NCBI GenBank assembly: GCA_964234715.1
Contig: OZ174280.1
Length of the DNA: 64,000 bases
Reading direction: 5' to 3' (one strand)
Source: Podarcis melisellensis
Lineage: Eukaryota
Shown piece after piece: positions 24,873-38,700 of the stretch. The number at the start of each line of letters is the position of its first letter. The stretch's first letter is position 1. The notes beneath the pieces were generated by a model. That model ran no database searches. It was not told the DNA's origin and worked only from the letters and a program-made list of their open reading frames with translations. Position numbers and translations under genes: made by a program.

Positions 24873-26416
24873 GGCATTAAACTTCTCTGGCAGGGATATA
24901 AATAGCTGGAATTGCAGACCAGAAAATTGCCATGGGGGAAAATGCATTAGTTACCACGTGATCACAAAAAGGCCCATTAGTATTGTGTGTCTGTCTGTGT
25001 CTGGGATCCAAAGTGTATTCTTCAACTAGGAGCAAAAGGTCATGCTCTTAAGTTCAGTCAGAAAAAAAGTAATAAAATGTGGAGCCCTCTGTCATAGTCT
25101 CTTCAAAGCATCTTACAGTGGAGACTTTGAAGACTGTGTTTTCCTCCTGTCTTTCCTATAATGGTGTTCATGTCAGATATGACTTTTCTGTTGGCATTAA
25201 AAACCAGTCTCCCTATCCCAACTCCCTATTGCAACTGAACTCCGCTTTGCCCTGTTAATGCTAGTACTCAATTGACCGGAGGGTTGGCTATGGCTTTTTC
25301 CAAAGAAGATGCTCTCTGTGGGTGCTCCTCCTCAGCAGGCTCAGAGCTCCTGTTGTGTCCTGGAATGCAATCCTGAACCCTGAAAAGCAGGTTTTTGGAA
25401 TGGCTCTCAAACAAGTCAGCACCAACCCAGACCTCCCCTATCTAGCCAGTGGTTTCTTTGGACTTGGCAGGGGAAAAGTTATGTTGGACCATCCCATGGG
25501 AACTGCTCTATATTTTATCTCTTTAGATATCTGATTCTATATTGTACACACAAACAGTACCAAACGGTTCTTCCTTAGAGAAGAAACTTTTAGAGAGATG
25601 CACTTCAGACACCCAAGGATTGCATTCCTTATATTCAAATTATAAACGGCAGTGTTGGTACTAAGAGGAGAAACAGATACAGGAGCCACAGGATGGTAAA
25701 GACCACATGACTACCTACAACTTTTATGTGCTTTAAAGAATATTGCATTTCTCTGTCCAGGAGAGGGGTCTTCAAAGTGGAGAGAAATGAACTTTCAGTG
25801 CCAGAGACTTAAATTTTTTTGGGGGGGGGTTCATGTCCTCCAAATACAAGGTAATTTTTCTTAGTTTGGCTTCTGTTGACTCTGTACCTAGTGCACACTC
25901 TCAAAAGTAATCTTCAGTTTTGCTAATATAAATGCTTTCATTTTTATCTTGTCTGGATGTCAGAAAGCTGAAGTCATCCTTGTGTTTTGACGAGGATTAG
26001 AGACATATCCAAAGTAACTGCTAAATTTTATATCTTCAAAAATGGGGAAACAGCATTTTTGCTTCTTTGTCTTAGTAGCCTTGGGTACATCTTGCAAATC
26101 TGTCTTTCCCCTAGTAAAGCTAATCCAATTATGACTGCATAACTCCTCCTGCACTCCATTTTAAGACTGTTACAAACTGCAGACTTTGGGACGACAACAT
26201 GCCCAACTTTTTCTCTCTCCAGCTCCCCCCCCCCCCAACCAACATTCATAGAGCATGATTAAAAGAGATCTGGAGAATTTGAAAGCTTGCTTACTGTGTC
26301 ATGACTCTATGACACACTGTGGCTTTGGGATTGTTCCTTTTGCTACGTGCCTTTGGGGAACCTGAGAAAAAGTCTGGTTTCTGGGTCTTGCTTCTCCTAG
26401 CTGTGAAATGCTAGAC

Positions 26417-26551
26417 CAGGCATAGGCAAACTTCAGCCCTCCAAATGTTTGGGACTACAATTCCCACCACCCCTAGCTAACAGGACCAGTGGTCAGGGAT
26501 GATGGGAATTGTAGTCCAAACATCTGGAAGGCCGGAGTTTGCTTATGCCTG
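26417..26551. mobile_element. hAT palindromic MITE
   Basis: CAGGCATAGGCAAAC / GTTTGCTTATGCCTG; TSD TGCTAGAC/CGTTAGAC. Confidence 0.88.
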
Positions 26552-28679
26552 CGTTAGACACTAGTATTTCTCTTCTTTCCTTGTGTGGGAAATACTTGAG
26601 TGCTAGAGTAAAGGCTGCACTTTTTGGTAGGTGCTTTTGGGATCCACGGCAGCTGTGCTTTCCAAACTCCCCCCCCCCCCGCATGAACCACTTAAAAATT
26701 GTGCAGTCTTACTGAGTTTTCTGCCTATTGTAGCAGCTGCATTAGATGCTATATGATTTTTAATTGTATTTTTATTCCATAGAATTCAGACTAATACAAC
26801 AAAATGCAACATAATAGACAAAAGAAGCAATCTAAAAACAATTCAAAATCAAAATAATAAGGCAACTCTCAATTTGCCTGTGTTTGCATGTGCAACTGTG
26901 TATGCACATGCTGTCTTTGGCACTGAAAGAGGGTGGAACGAGGCGGAATGCTCTGCTGACATACACACATAAAGACCCAGTGGATGTGCAGTCTCCCATC
27001 TGCAACCACAAATCCACAGACACACTGTAGACACCTGAATGAAGGCTGTAGATCCCTGTTGTTTGCGGCCCACAGTTTGGGAACCTCTGTACTGCACTTT
27101 ATTTATAAGATTTTAGTCTTTGCTAAAGTAAATGTCTCCCAGAACTGCTTCTTGCCTTGATACCCTGTCTGCTGTAAATAATCATGTGCACTACTGTCAC
27201 AAAATCCTTGCAGGTCCCCCTTATTCTGTGAGCCTGAGAAGAGACTCTGGGGTGGTGTCACTTCCTGTGATACGTTATGCTGAACTGCACCTGTCCATCA
27301 AATATGATTGCGTATATACATATTTTTTTTCTTGCATAGCAGTAATATTCACGTAGGAATGCAACCTTGCATGAAGTGACCGTAAGTAAACTGAACTTCC
27401 TGAATGGGTGACCTGAATATGCAAATGCTGGGTTGGCATTTTATAATTCCAAGGAACATAAACTCCGTAGGATGTGGGGTTTTAGATTTCTGCTTTAGAT
27501 AAGTTCACATTTCAGTTCCTTTTTCTAGTTGCTATTGAAACGTTTCTCCTTCCTCTTATCATTACCCTCCCTTTTTCCTTCCTTGCTTGCATGAAATAAT
27601 AAAACCCCGACTGGCTCAGAAGGTAACTTAAGCCAAACAGGCATTAAATGGACTAATTTCCTGTAATATTTTCATCCTAGTAACAAGGCTCTGAAAGACA
27701 ATTTTCTCCTTTTCTTCACCAAGGCAGGCTCACAGGATTACCAAAAAAGTCATACAGAATAGGGCTTACTGCCAACTGTTTGGATGAGGTCTGACCCCCA
27801 GTGTTCTTACCACACCTGCTTTGCATGCAGAAGGTCCCATGTTCTATCCCCAGAATCTTCAGGTAGGGCTGAAACCACGGAGAACCATGACCTGCCAGCA
27901 TAGACAATACTGAGGTAGCTGGACCAGTGATCTGACTTGGTACGAGGCAACTTCCTACGTTCCTTACATATGTGGGGTTGTAGAGGTGTGGCTTGGGAAG
28001 AGAAATCCACAGCCGGAGGAATCCCTTCTCTAGATTAATTTCCAGCATTTTCTGCTTGAAACCTCTTCAGAGCAAAGTGTTGCTTGCATCAATAGGCGTC
28101 CCCCACTGTACATCTGGCTCAAAGGCTTGCATGCCGCTGGCTGGCAGCAGAGGAGAAAATGTCAATAATTGCCTTTGACAGCGTGACCACGCATGGTCAC
28201 AAGGGTTTGCGATGCCGCTGTCTCCAGCCTGACCTTCCTGAAGCCTATTGCATTTTTCAGATTCTTGACACCATGGAGTGATGTTAAGCTGAGAAAGTCT
28301 CTGTCTCTGTCTAGAGCTGGGGCTGTGGGGTGGGGGGTGGGCCAGAGCCTGAAATTCTTCAGATCATGTGCCCTCCAATTTCTGGTTAGCCTGAGTGTGA
28401 GATCAGACACTGAAGCTGACCTCTTTTTATCTATGACCTTGGTGACTTGGAATTGTATCCTCTAACTTTCTAGCAAGTGTGCATGGCGCCTGGGGCTGAA
28501 GGGGGTGGGGAACGGTGGATAGGGTTTTGGAAAGCTTCTTTTCAGTAAGTTATGTATTATTAACAAGTGTGGAGGCATTGAGAAGACCCCCATTAAACCA
28601 TTAGGAGGTCCTAGGCTGACCTTGAGAACCTCATGCTCTCCATTAAGCCTGCATTACTGGATTGTGATGAGAATTAGGC

Positions 28680-29116
28680 AAGGGCAGCCCATTCATGAGG
28701 CAAGGTGAGGCAACTACATCAGGTGGCAAGATCCACGGGGGCAGTAGATTCAGCCTCCAAGGAATGCATTGCCCACCAGTGTGATGGATGCAGTGTGCTC
28801 TTTGGAGGCCAGATCTGCCACCTCCTTGGCACCCCCCCATGCCACTTCTACAGTGGGCTCTCGGAGAATAGGAGGTGCTGCTGGTCTCCTCTCACCCCTA
28901 GGGAGGAAATGCCAGGGGGTGCCCTCTGGGGTTGCATGGGGTCTGCACCCACCTGGCGTGATTCAGAGCAGGCCCCTTCCTCCCGCAATGGCCTTTGATT
29001 CCTACTTCAGCCATCTGGTAAGTAGATGTTCACTCGCCCCCTTCTTCCCTGGTGGGCTGGGAGTGGTACCATTTTGTGGTTTGCCTCAGATGCCAAAATG
29101 TCTTGGGCCAGCCCTG
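28680..29116. mobile_element. hAT-like non-autonomous element; partial second copy ~648-811
   Basis: AGGGCAGCCC / GGGCCAGCCCTG ends; GCCTCAG(A/G)TGCCAAAATGTCTTGG block shared with 778-811. Confidence 0.65.
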
Positions 29117-30579
29117 TAATTAGGGTGGGGCATGTATGCAGTCTGGTGCTCCTTGGAGGAAAGGAGGAATAAAAATGTACTAAGGCCACATTCACACTAT
29201 ACATTTCACTACCATAATACTGTACCACGTTAAGCAGTCATGGCTCCCCTCCCCACCAAGAATTCTGGGAGCTGTGGTTTGTTAAAGGTTCTGAGAGTTG
29301 TTAGGAGACCCCTATCCCCCCCCCAGTGGTTTAACAGTCAGTCGTTCTTCCCAGGGAACTCTGCAGCATAGAATAGGCCCCTAACAACTAAATAAAAATA
29401 ACAAATAATAATAGCTGTGACAGCCCAAGGCCCAGTGAAGCCCCAAAAATCGCCCCTGCGAATTCACCCATCTGCAGTGCAGACCACATGTATCAGTCGT
29501 CTGCTGGCCATGAGTCTGATGTGTCACTGATCTGTACATTTGGTAGGAAGTTGGAGTAAAGGAAATGTCATTTTCCCTCCCCACTTTCTCAAGTAACCTC
29601 TCAGGATACAAATTTATGACAATACCTTTTGAAGTGCTTTGTTCTTGCAATTGGGCCCAGATTTTTAAAGTGGGTTGAAACAATCTAGACTTGAAAGCAA
29701 ACATCTTCACAGTGGGCACGGAGCGGAACGACAGAAGGCCTCTCCTCCTCAAATTCCTCTTGAAACGAATAGAGCTTGCATGCGCCAGCTCTGCTTCTCT
29801 GGACAACTTCTTGATCCTTATCTTGGAAACTGGAAGTATTTGGTGCAAAACTTAGATGCTGTTCGTTTATTGGTGTTTTTAGGAAAAACAAAAGCCTCTT
29901 GCACAGAACGAAATCATCTTCCAGCATCGTGTGGGGAATTTGTGGGCGAAGCTCCCCCAATGGCAATTTTGGGGGCACACAGAGAGTTCTCTCTTGACAG
30001 GTTTGTGTCACTTAAATACAGGTTGCAGCTAAGCAAGGGATGGATCGGGATGTCCCAGAGATAACTGGTCCAGTCGGGGACTTTCCAGGAAGATGCAGAA
30101 GCCCTGAACTTGGCACTGCTTAGAAGGGAGGAAAAACGCCTTTGGGCATTGCTGCATAATACATGACCCAACTCCTTGAAATGTGGGCCCTTTCCCCCTA
30201 AATGAAGAAGGGGTAGGGAGGGGGTCAAGATATATTGTCAGCTCCTTTTCAGTGCTGCTGTTTTCTGTTACTGGATACAGAAAGGGGCTGAGGGAGGGGA
30301 GCGAAGCCACCTGTTGGATTTTGACACTTGGCGGGGGGAGGCCATTGCCCTTTTCAACAGTGTCTGCCTGTCCTCTTTTTCTCCCTGCCTGTCTCCCTCG
30401 CTGCTTCCCTCCCGTCTCTCAGGGTTCTGTTTACAACCATCCCATTGTGGTTCTTGGGCTGGAAGCAGCTGGGTGGACTGTTTCAGGCTCAAGTGTAATT
30501 TCAGCTTCTTCAAAAGCCTTTAGAGGCCACCCCCCTCCCCTCCCGCAATCCCGGCCCGCTCTCCCCTCTGAAGAGGACA

Positions 30580-30800
30580 GCCACGCCAACAAGGGGATAA
30601 TTTGATGGATTACTCTGCAGGGCTGAGAGGCTCTTGGCTAATCCCTTTTGTGTGTCTCTTGGACTAGACGCTGAGCAGAAGCCCTCGCCTCAGGCAGAGA
30701 AAAGGCTGCTCAGCAGGGTGGGTTTTACACACTGACATATAAATACAAGGACTCTGGTCATGTGGTGCAGGGCTTTAATCCCTGCCCACTACCATGGCCT
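30580..30800. promoter_or_regulatory. Intronic enhancer or alternative promoter candidate with K50-homeodomain sites and a TATA box
   Basis: GGATTA 30607, TAATCC 30639 and 30776, TATAAATA 30738-30745, inverted GCTGAGCAG/CTGCTCAGC 30670-30714. Confidence 0.35.
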
Positions 30801-32722
30801 AGAGGTTAAAGGGGGGGCACCTGTTTGGGGCTGCTTTATGTTTTTCCCACTTGGTTTGATTTACATTTTTATTCTTCTGTTAATAATAACTTGGAGAAGC
30901 AGGAGGGGGGAATCAGACAAGATGTTGGAGCTATGGGCATAGGCCGAGGGTGGGGCCCCCGTCTGTCTTGATGCCCGTGTGTCTGGAAACTCTGGCTGCT
31001 CATTTGACCAAACCTTACGGGCGCTGAGTTGTTAGCAGTTCTCCGTTTCCTGCACAGAGTTGCAGTTCCCGGAGTAGCAGAACAACCAGTCCCAGGGAAT
31101 GGGTCAGCACCCTTCACAAACTACACTTCCCAGGATCCTTTGCAGGGGGTCATGACTCTTTAATGTGGGATGGTATTGCTTTAAATGTATGGTGCCAATG
31201 GGGATTAAGACTATACAATAAAAATGAATGGATAGCCAATGCAGACTTTATGCCTAAAGCACACACTCACTCCTGCTTTGCTTAATATTTGCCCTGATTA
31301 AATTTTGGTAGAGTTGAAAGCTTTGTGGCATTTTGGTTGGTCATTAATTCATAGTAAAGGGACTTTTGGAGGTTTTTTTTTTAAAAAAAGCAGTGGTTTA
31401 ACCCTTAGCCATGCATGCTCATAGGCCATCTCTTTCTCTGCGTAGTTTATTTGGTGGGTTTCTTTCTGAGAAAAGCTTATTTATTTGGCATGGAGAGGAG
31501 TGACAAATATCCCCCCAGGAGATGACATCATTGTCCCCGATGTAAAATACGTGATGGAACTGTGTCCCTCCCTGTCCCTGCTACCATTACATCACTGTTC
31601 TCATCACCCTTGTGTCCTGCACTTTTTCCGCAGAATTCAATTTGGCATGTGTATGAGGTGATTTTATTTTATCCCCACAGGTTAGGCTGAGAAATGGAGA
31701 CTTCGAGGCCACCCAGTGAGCTTTGTGGCTGTTAGGGCTCTGTGCCATACACACTCTGCCCACTTGGTCCCCACGTTTTGTGGCTACTCTTGAGACATGA
31801 CCCTATTCTGTGGCATAGCTTCTAGTACCTTTTACGAAAGAAGTCTAAGTTTCAGAAAAAGGTGGGCTTCCATGTGAACCCTTACTGGTACCATAATCTG
31901 TTATTTTTGCCTCTGATTTTCTGGAGGGTCTTGTTTATTCACCATCACGTTAGTACCAGACCCCCTGACCTGTTTTATCTCCTCCTGCTGTGGTCATCTT
32001 TAATGCTTTTGATGAGGTATGCTGTGGAAAAATGAGGTGGTAGCCAGATCTTTCTCTCCCCCTCCCTTTTTTTTCCCAGTGCCCCCACTGATAAATCCTC
32101 ATTCACTCCTGTTTGAACAGCTTCAAAATGTTCCATCCAATGCTTGCCTTACTTTTAATCGTTCAATTTTATTTATAACTCTTGTTTTGAAACAGAAATA
32201 GTTCGAATGGCTGTTACTGGCACTCCCCACCTCCTTTCTGGTGAACGTAGGTTGCTGAAAATCAAAATGGAATCTCAGTGCTATAAATGGCCATTTTTTA
32301 TTTTGGAAAGTCAAAACAATTGACAGGTGGGTGTTGTTGTTGGTTGTCTCTTGGCAAAGATGTTAAGATTTACTGCACAATACGGTTTATGTTTACACAG
32401 AGGAGAGACCCACTGTGTCAAATGGCATTTGTTTCCTAGTTAAGTATGGGGAGAATCGCAGCCTTAGAGTGTGTACGCATGGTGTGCAAATGTGTGCTCA
32501 TAGCTGGATGCAGGTGTCTTTTGGGGTTGCTATACATGGGATACCATCCCCATAGCATCCCTGTCTCGCACTATTTGCCAATCTAATATCTCAATCTAAA
32601 GCTCATTCTCCTGGAACAGGTATAATCCATTTTGTGCCAAGAATGTACTTCTCAAATGCTTGCTGCATACATGTGTACACAGAGAACACTTTCAGATCAC
32701 TTCCTATTGGAACAGGCCATGC

Positions 32723-33310
32723 CAGGGGTTTTAAACCTTTTTGAGTCCACAGCTCCCTTGACCAACTACATTCTTTCTGCGGCACTCCTGTGGGGCTCAG
32801 GAGCCCAGTTATGTCACCTCTTGCCTGCAGAGCTGGCAGCCTCTCACCCTTTTTCGAACACCCTCCCTTGTGGAGTGTTCCCTCAGCTTCCTCTCCCCTG
32901 TCCTTGGGAGTCCTCTGGGCAGCCGCTGCTGCTGCCCCTGCCCCAAAGAGAGGTACCTCCTCACACTGCCCCACAAGGGCCTGAGATTTGTCTGTCCATT
33001 TCCAACAGCAAGGGCTGGCAGACTGGCTGGCTGGGCTCCCTCACCTGTTTGCTTGCTGACCCCAAGGCCGCCTCAGCTTCTGGTAACCAGCACCCCCTGG
33101 CCAAACCTAGAGGCACAATTTGCTTGGGGAACTTGTAGCCAGGGCTGCTGCAACTAACAGCTGTGCAAGCCTTTGGGAGACAGAGATGTGAGAGGGCATC
33201 ACAGGAAGGGAGGGAAGGAAATGGGGACTGAGGCCAGTGTTGCCCATGGCATCCCTGACCATCCTTCAAGGCACCCCAGTGTGCCGTAGCTCCCTGGTTG
33301 AAAACCACTG
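32723..33310. mobile_element. hAT (Charlie-like) non-autonomous element
   Basis: CAGGGGTTTTAAAC / GTTGAAAACCACTG ends; degenerate 8-bp TSD. Confidence 0.65.
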
Positions 33311-35420
33311 GGCTGTTCTATTCCCCATTGCCATGTATAACTTGACCATGAATAAAGGCAGAATAGGAGGCAGCACATTAACCTGTGAGTGTATACTGTA
33401 CACTGTATACACATCCCCACCTGTATACACAGATAGTAGCTGCCACTTTAGAAGACGTTATTGCGCAAAGGTGTGTACACTTGCAAACGGCTTTGTGAAA
33501 AAGCACACTGTGAAACAACGACCCATGTGCATTTTAAGGTCCACTTGTGTACAGAACCTTAAGTTAAATTCTCACGGAAGAACTGATAAATGCTTTCATT
33601 TGGCAACCGAATGCTGATTCGTAAATCTTAGAGAGGAGACTCTACATTTCCAGATTGCGAGGTTTCTTGGTTCTTTGCATTTGTATCCAGGGAAGCTTCT
33701 ATATTCAAACCTATGTTTCTGCCTTCCGCTTTGGATAATAAGGGATTTCCAGCAGCATGTCATTAGCCTTGCTGCCTGGTATAGGGCCAGTAATGTAATC
33801 GAGGCCTCAGCTCACCGGAAACCTGGAGCTAATTCAGGGAGATGAAATGAAATAAATTACAACTGTGCTTCCATCCCTTCTCTGCTACAGAACACATTTT
33901 AGGAAGTGGGGGTGGGGAAAGGGGTCAGGTGAGTTCCATTCCAACATACAAAATAGCCAGAATTACGCCATGGTGTATTTCATATTCAGCCAGTTGGTTC
34001 CAGATTTTCTGGTACAGTACATTGGCCTTAAATGTAAACAAATAGCTCTGCACGCGAGCCATATTCTAGTCAAGAGCGACAGTCTGGGCTAGAGATCAGG
34101 GACAAGGCTGGGGGGAAATTGAATTCCAGGCCAGAGACTGGAAAGGAAAGAGACTGACCATATAACAACTGCCCCCCTCCATTCATGATTGAGATCCAGC
34201 ATGTATAAGCTTATTGGACTGCTACCCAAATAAAGGAGTACTAGTCAATTAATTACATGTGTTCTTGTTGGCTTTTAAATCTATATATAACAGTGAACTT
34301 TTGAATGGGAAAGGAGCATGTTTTTACATGATGAATGCATGTATTGTGGCAGGCACCGTGTTAGAAGAGGTGTGAATGTGTCCGTGAAGAGAGAGAAGAA
34401 AGAATGCCTCTGTTAAGATTGTACTAAAACACCCTTCTCTCTCTTTTTCTTTTTTGGGGGTAAATTATTCCATCAACTATAATTAACTATTTTAAAAAGA
34501 AACCAGTCACAGTATAATGCCCCTAGTTCAGCCTTTGCCAACCTGGTAACCTCCAGATGTTTTCGACTACAGCTCCCATCAGCCCCGAGCCAGCTGGCTG
34601 AGGCTGATGGGAGTTGCAGTGCAAAACATTTGGAAGGTTGGAAAATGCTGCACTAGTAGTAGATCAGTAGCTGAAGGAACCTGTGTGAGCATTGGAGAGT
34701 ATGAGCAGAACATAGGTGGGGAGGAGGAGAGGATTTGCTGCAGTGCCCATTTGCTTTTGGCCCATCACTTGCCACCCCGTTGGCTCCAGTTTTCTGTCCT
34801 TCACAGGTCTGGCCTTTGTGCCCTCCTGCTTTCCATGTGGGGGGGGGGGGCAGATTTGGATCATGGCTAGCACTTTTTAAATCTATCTTTTTTTAAAAAA
34901 AGAAAGCTGTGTGTAGTTGCCAAGTCACACAATTTCACACATTTATGTCTCGCAATGTTTTATTTTAATTTTAAAAACCAAATTTAGTCCAATTTCGTAC
35001 TCATAAAAATACCCGAAAGAGATGCCAGAATTTAATTTAACACAGCTGCCCTGAGGGAATTGCTGTACTTTGCGCTGGCATATATGTTTCAAAATTTGCA
35101 CTGATGCCCTGCCTTTACTCCATTAATATTGGTTCAGATTTTGCCTAGTTGTGGAGTACAGACTTCATAAACGTGCTACTAACAAGCAGCTTGTTTGGAC
35201 TAATGATAAAACCATGGTTTATCATGACCGGAGACAAGCCACGGTGAGCTGCGCTCCTTAAATGGAGGTAAACATTATGTCTGAATTATGACTGTGGTTA
35301 GTCATAATTATGGTTAGCTAAAAGAAGACAACTTAGGGGAAGGGTTTGTACCTCAATGGTAGAGCATCTGCTTTTCATGCAAAGGCCCCAGGTTCAACCT
35401 TTAGCATCTCCTGGTAAGCA

Positions 35421-35773
35421 TAAAGGTAAAGGGACCCCTGACCATTTGGTCCAGTCATGACCGACTCTGGGGTTGTGGCGCTCATCTCGCTCTATGGGCT
35501 GAGGGAGCCGACGTACAGCTTCCAGGTCATGTGGCCAGCATGACTAAGCCGCTTCTGGCAAACCAGAGCAGCGCATGGAAACATCATTTACCTTCCCGAC
35601 GGAGCGGTACTTATTTATCTACTTGCAGTTTGACATGCTTTCGAACTGCTAGGTTGGCAGGAGCAGGGACCGAGCAACGGGAACTCACCCTGTCGCAGAG
35701 ATTCGAACCACCGACCTTCTGATCCGGCAAGCCCTAGGCTCTGTGGTTTAACCCACAGCGCCACCCGCATCCC
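35421..35773 (-). mobile_element. Sauria SINE (Squam1)
   Basis: TAAAGGTAAAGGGACCCC tail to ...CCCACAGCGCCACCCGCATCCC head; short TAAGC duplication. Confidence 0.93.
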
Positions 35774-38700
35774 TAAGCCAAACTATGCCTTAGCATGAAT
35801 GAACAAATGTGCTGGTGCACAATAATAATTAAAAAGCCGCTGCTTTGCCCCTCTTCTGCTGTTTCCCTGCTACTGAGAGAACTTGAGCTTGTGGATTGTT
35901 TCACTCCAAACAAACCATGCACTGTAGCCAAAGCTTGTTCTTAGTTTACAATTCATGATTTATTTGGAAGGAGACAAACCATGAGCCTGCCTGGGTTCAT
36001 GCACATTACTAAGCCAAACCAGTAGCATGGCAGCAGCGGGAGGCAGGGAGCTTCATGGTTGAGTGGGGATTCGAACCCTGCTCTTCCAGGTCCTAGTCCA
36101 ACACTCTAATCACTACGCCACCCAGCAATCTTTGATCACTGAGCATGCTTTGTATACATTGGACTGTTTTAGGTGTGTCATTCCTCCCCCCCCCCCAATA
36201 TATTTTTCTGAAGACTTTCCTTGTGTGTAGATGGTGCCATTTGGGGTACATGATGATGATGATTTGGGGTACACTCACCTCTGAACTTCAGATATAGAGT
36301 GAAGGTTTATGAATCCCATTATTGTGAGCCACCTTGAAGAGACAGCAAAGTGAAAAAGCAGCATACAGATACTTTAAAAAGTTCCAGTTCTCAACAGATG
36401 CTGTAAATGATAAAGGAATAAAGTGCATATTTGATGTTACAATACAGTTGGATACTAGCACAGTGTTAAATCCTATTCTTTTTCGGTGAGAGTAACTCCT
36501 CTTGGAAGGATTTTCTGAATTTTGAATGATTTTGTCCCTGCCCAATAGCATTTTCTTAAAAAACACTTGTGACTGGAAGCTGGAAAGTTGTGTGTGTGTG
36601 TATCTAAATGGGGAAGTGTTTTATCTGGGCTTGGCAACTGCTGTAGAATCCTCACTATCTTTTTTGCTCTGTCACTGTTGTCCAGTTTGCACATCCATGA
36701 AGAAAAAGAGCTGTTTTCCACGACTAGGAGGAGAGTTGTCCTGAAGCTGCAGGAATGCTAAACATCCAGGCTTGTTTGATTGCCTGGCCATTATCAGAAC
36801 TGTGCTGTCCTCCCAAGCTGTGCTTTTAAACCTTCCCTTTGTCTAGCTTTCCCCCTTTAAATCAAGTTGAGGCCCAGCCCACTTACCTGGTTTCCAGGTG
36901 AGGAAGTTCTGACGAGTTGTTCTGTTGTTTCTTGGGGGGAAATGTAGTTCATTTTTCATCGGTAGGGCTTGTGTATACTGTACTGTGTATAATCTTTTCT
37001 CCCATGGGAGGGAGAAAGCAGACCCGTCTGAGTTCTCTGCCTGACCTGTTTAGACACCAGTGACTATACTGCTTTCATGGAAGGCAGTTGCTTATTTTTT
37101 TTATTAATAAAACTGCATGTTGCATAAGAAAAATGCAAAGAGCAGATGGTTTACTACGGATGTGTTCATAATTCACAGTTTAACAGAATATGCATTTAAA
37201 GTAGCAAGATAACATCTGACCGTGGGTTTTTTTTATATAAATGGAAATCTTGGAGGGGATTAAACACACTGGGACAAATTGCATCTATTTACTTAGAGAG
37301 AGTTTGAGTGTGGAAGTTAGTTTTCATTGTATCATTAAATTTATCATCTATTTAGTAAGCTGGGCTAGTTAGTATACAGAATATCGCGATACACTCTTTG
37401 CCAGGAATGCTTACTGTCCGTGGGTGAATACAAGTCATTTACTGAGTGGCAGCTTCCCATAGGAGCCCCTTTCCAGTTGGGTTGGGATTCAGCTACAGGT
37501 CTTCCTGGTTGTTGTCCAACACACTAACCACTACACCACACTGCCTCTCCAAATAGGAACATATACCAAGCCAGACTAATGGTCCATTTAGCTCAGCATT
37601 GTCAATTGTGCATTGATTGGCAGTGGCTCTTCAAGGCTCCAGATAAGGAGATGCAGCAGATTGAATTTGGGAACTTTTGCATGTCCTCTGCTTAGGGGCT
37701 ACAGTCCTTCCCGGGTCTTTGACGCAGAGTTTCTGGAGAGGGGTAGGTGGGCATGTGGCCAGCAAAGGTGTGAACAGGACAGCTTCATTACAGTGATGGG
37801 ACCACTGCTTTATTTTCAGCGTGGTGGGCTCCAAATGTACCTCTGTGGCTGGGACTCTTCCCCTATATAGCATCTCATTTGACTGTATGCCTACAGATCC
37901 TGTCTGCCAGCAAACCTGTTGTGGTGGAGATCAGTGGTTTATAATATATGCTTGTTCTCCACAGGGACTATTATTTGTAGCCAAACTGGCACCTGCCAAA
38001 TGCAGAGTATCAAATTATCCTAACAGTTTCCATCCTTCCGCCACAGTTTTTCCATACAACTGAGAAATAACCTGGGACAGCTCCACCCCATTCATTTAAT
38101 GATGCGGGGCAATGCCCAGGTCATGCTGCTTGTTCTCCATGCTAAGTTTGCACCTGAAACTGCAGTAAAAATTAGCGTTTCGAAAATAAGCCACAGTTGT
38201 GTTAGGAACAGCACAACATTGGTTCTCCCTTGGGTAGTTCTTCCTTTTTAGTTCTGTCCTAATTCAAACGGTCCCAGACCAAAGCCTTAACTTGGCGTAG
38301 CAGCCAGATCTCTTGGCATCTATGAAACTTGGATGAAAACAGGGATAAGCAGACCAGTTCCTATATAGGGGCTTTGAGTCAGTGACATCGTACTGGGTGA
38401 GCTGCTCATGGAGTTCCTAAGTGGGGCATAGTTTTTATTCCATGTCGGTTCTCTGCGGATGATCTTGCATCCCACTTCAGTCTTAACTCTTCTGTTCTGA
38501 AGACAGTGCTCACAGTAAACTGTGCTGTCAAGGCGGGCTTTCCACATCTGGGCCCCCCACAGTCCCATTCCTGGTAGGGCTCTTGTGCCCTTTTAACATC
38601 TGTGTGAGAAATTCAGCAGAATGAAGCATTGCTTTCCATGAAATGCAGGGATTTCATTCACCTGTTGGATTACTGTCTGTAATGCTAGTGCGATAGACTG

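Noticed and set aside
25289-25305. TATGGCTTTTT resembling miR-135 5' end
   Set aside because: Match stops after 11 nt and there is no precursor hairpin.
29381-30605. Cluster of 100-155 aa ORFs on both strands suggesting a nested gene
   Set aside because: No recognisable homology, frames do not join, and no consistent splice sites found.
30670-30714. 45-nt hairpin as a possible pre-miRNA
   Set aside because: Too short and bulged; better read as inverted TF sites.
30732-30745. 14-mer shared in inverse with 58861-58874 (TATTTATATGTCAG)
   Set aside because: Several such 14-mer matches are expected by chance in 64 kb.
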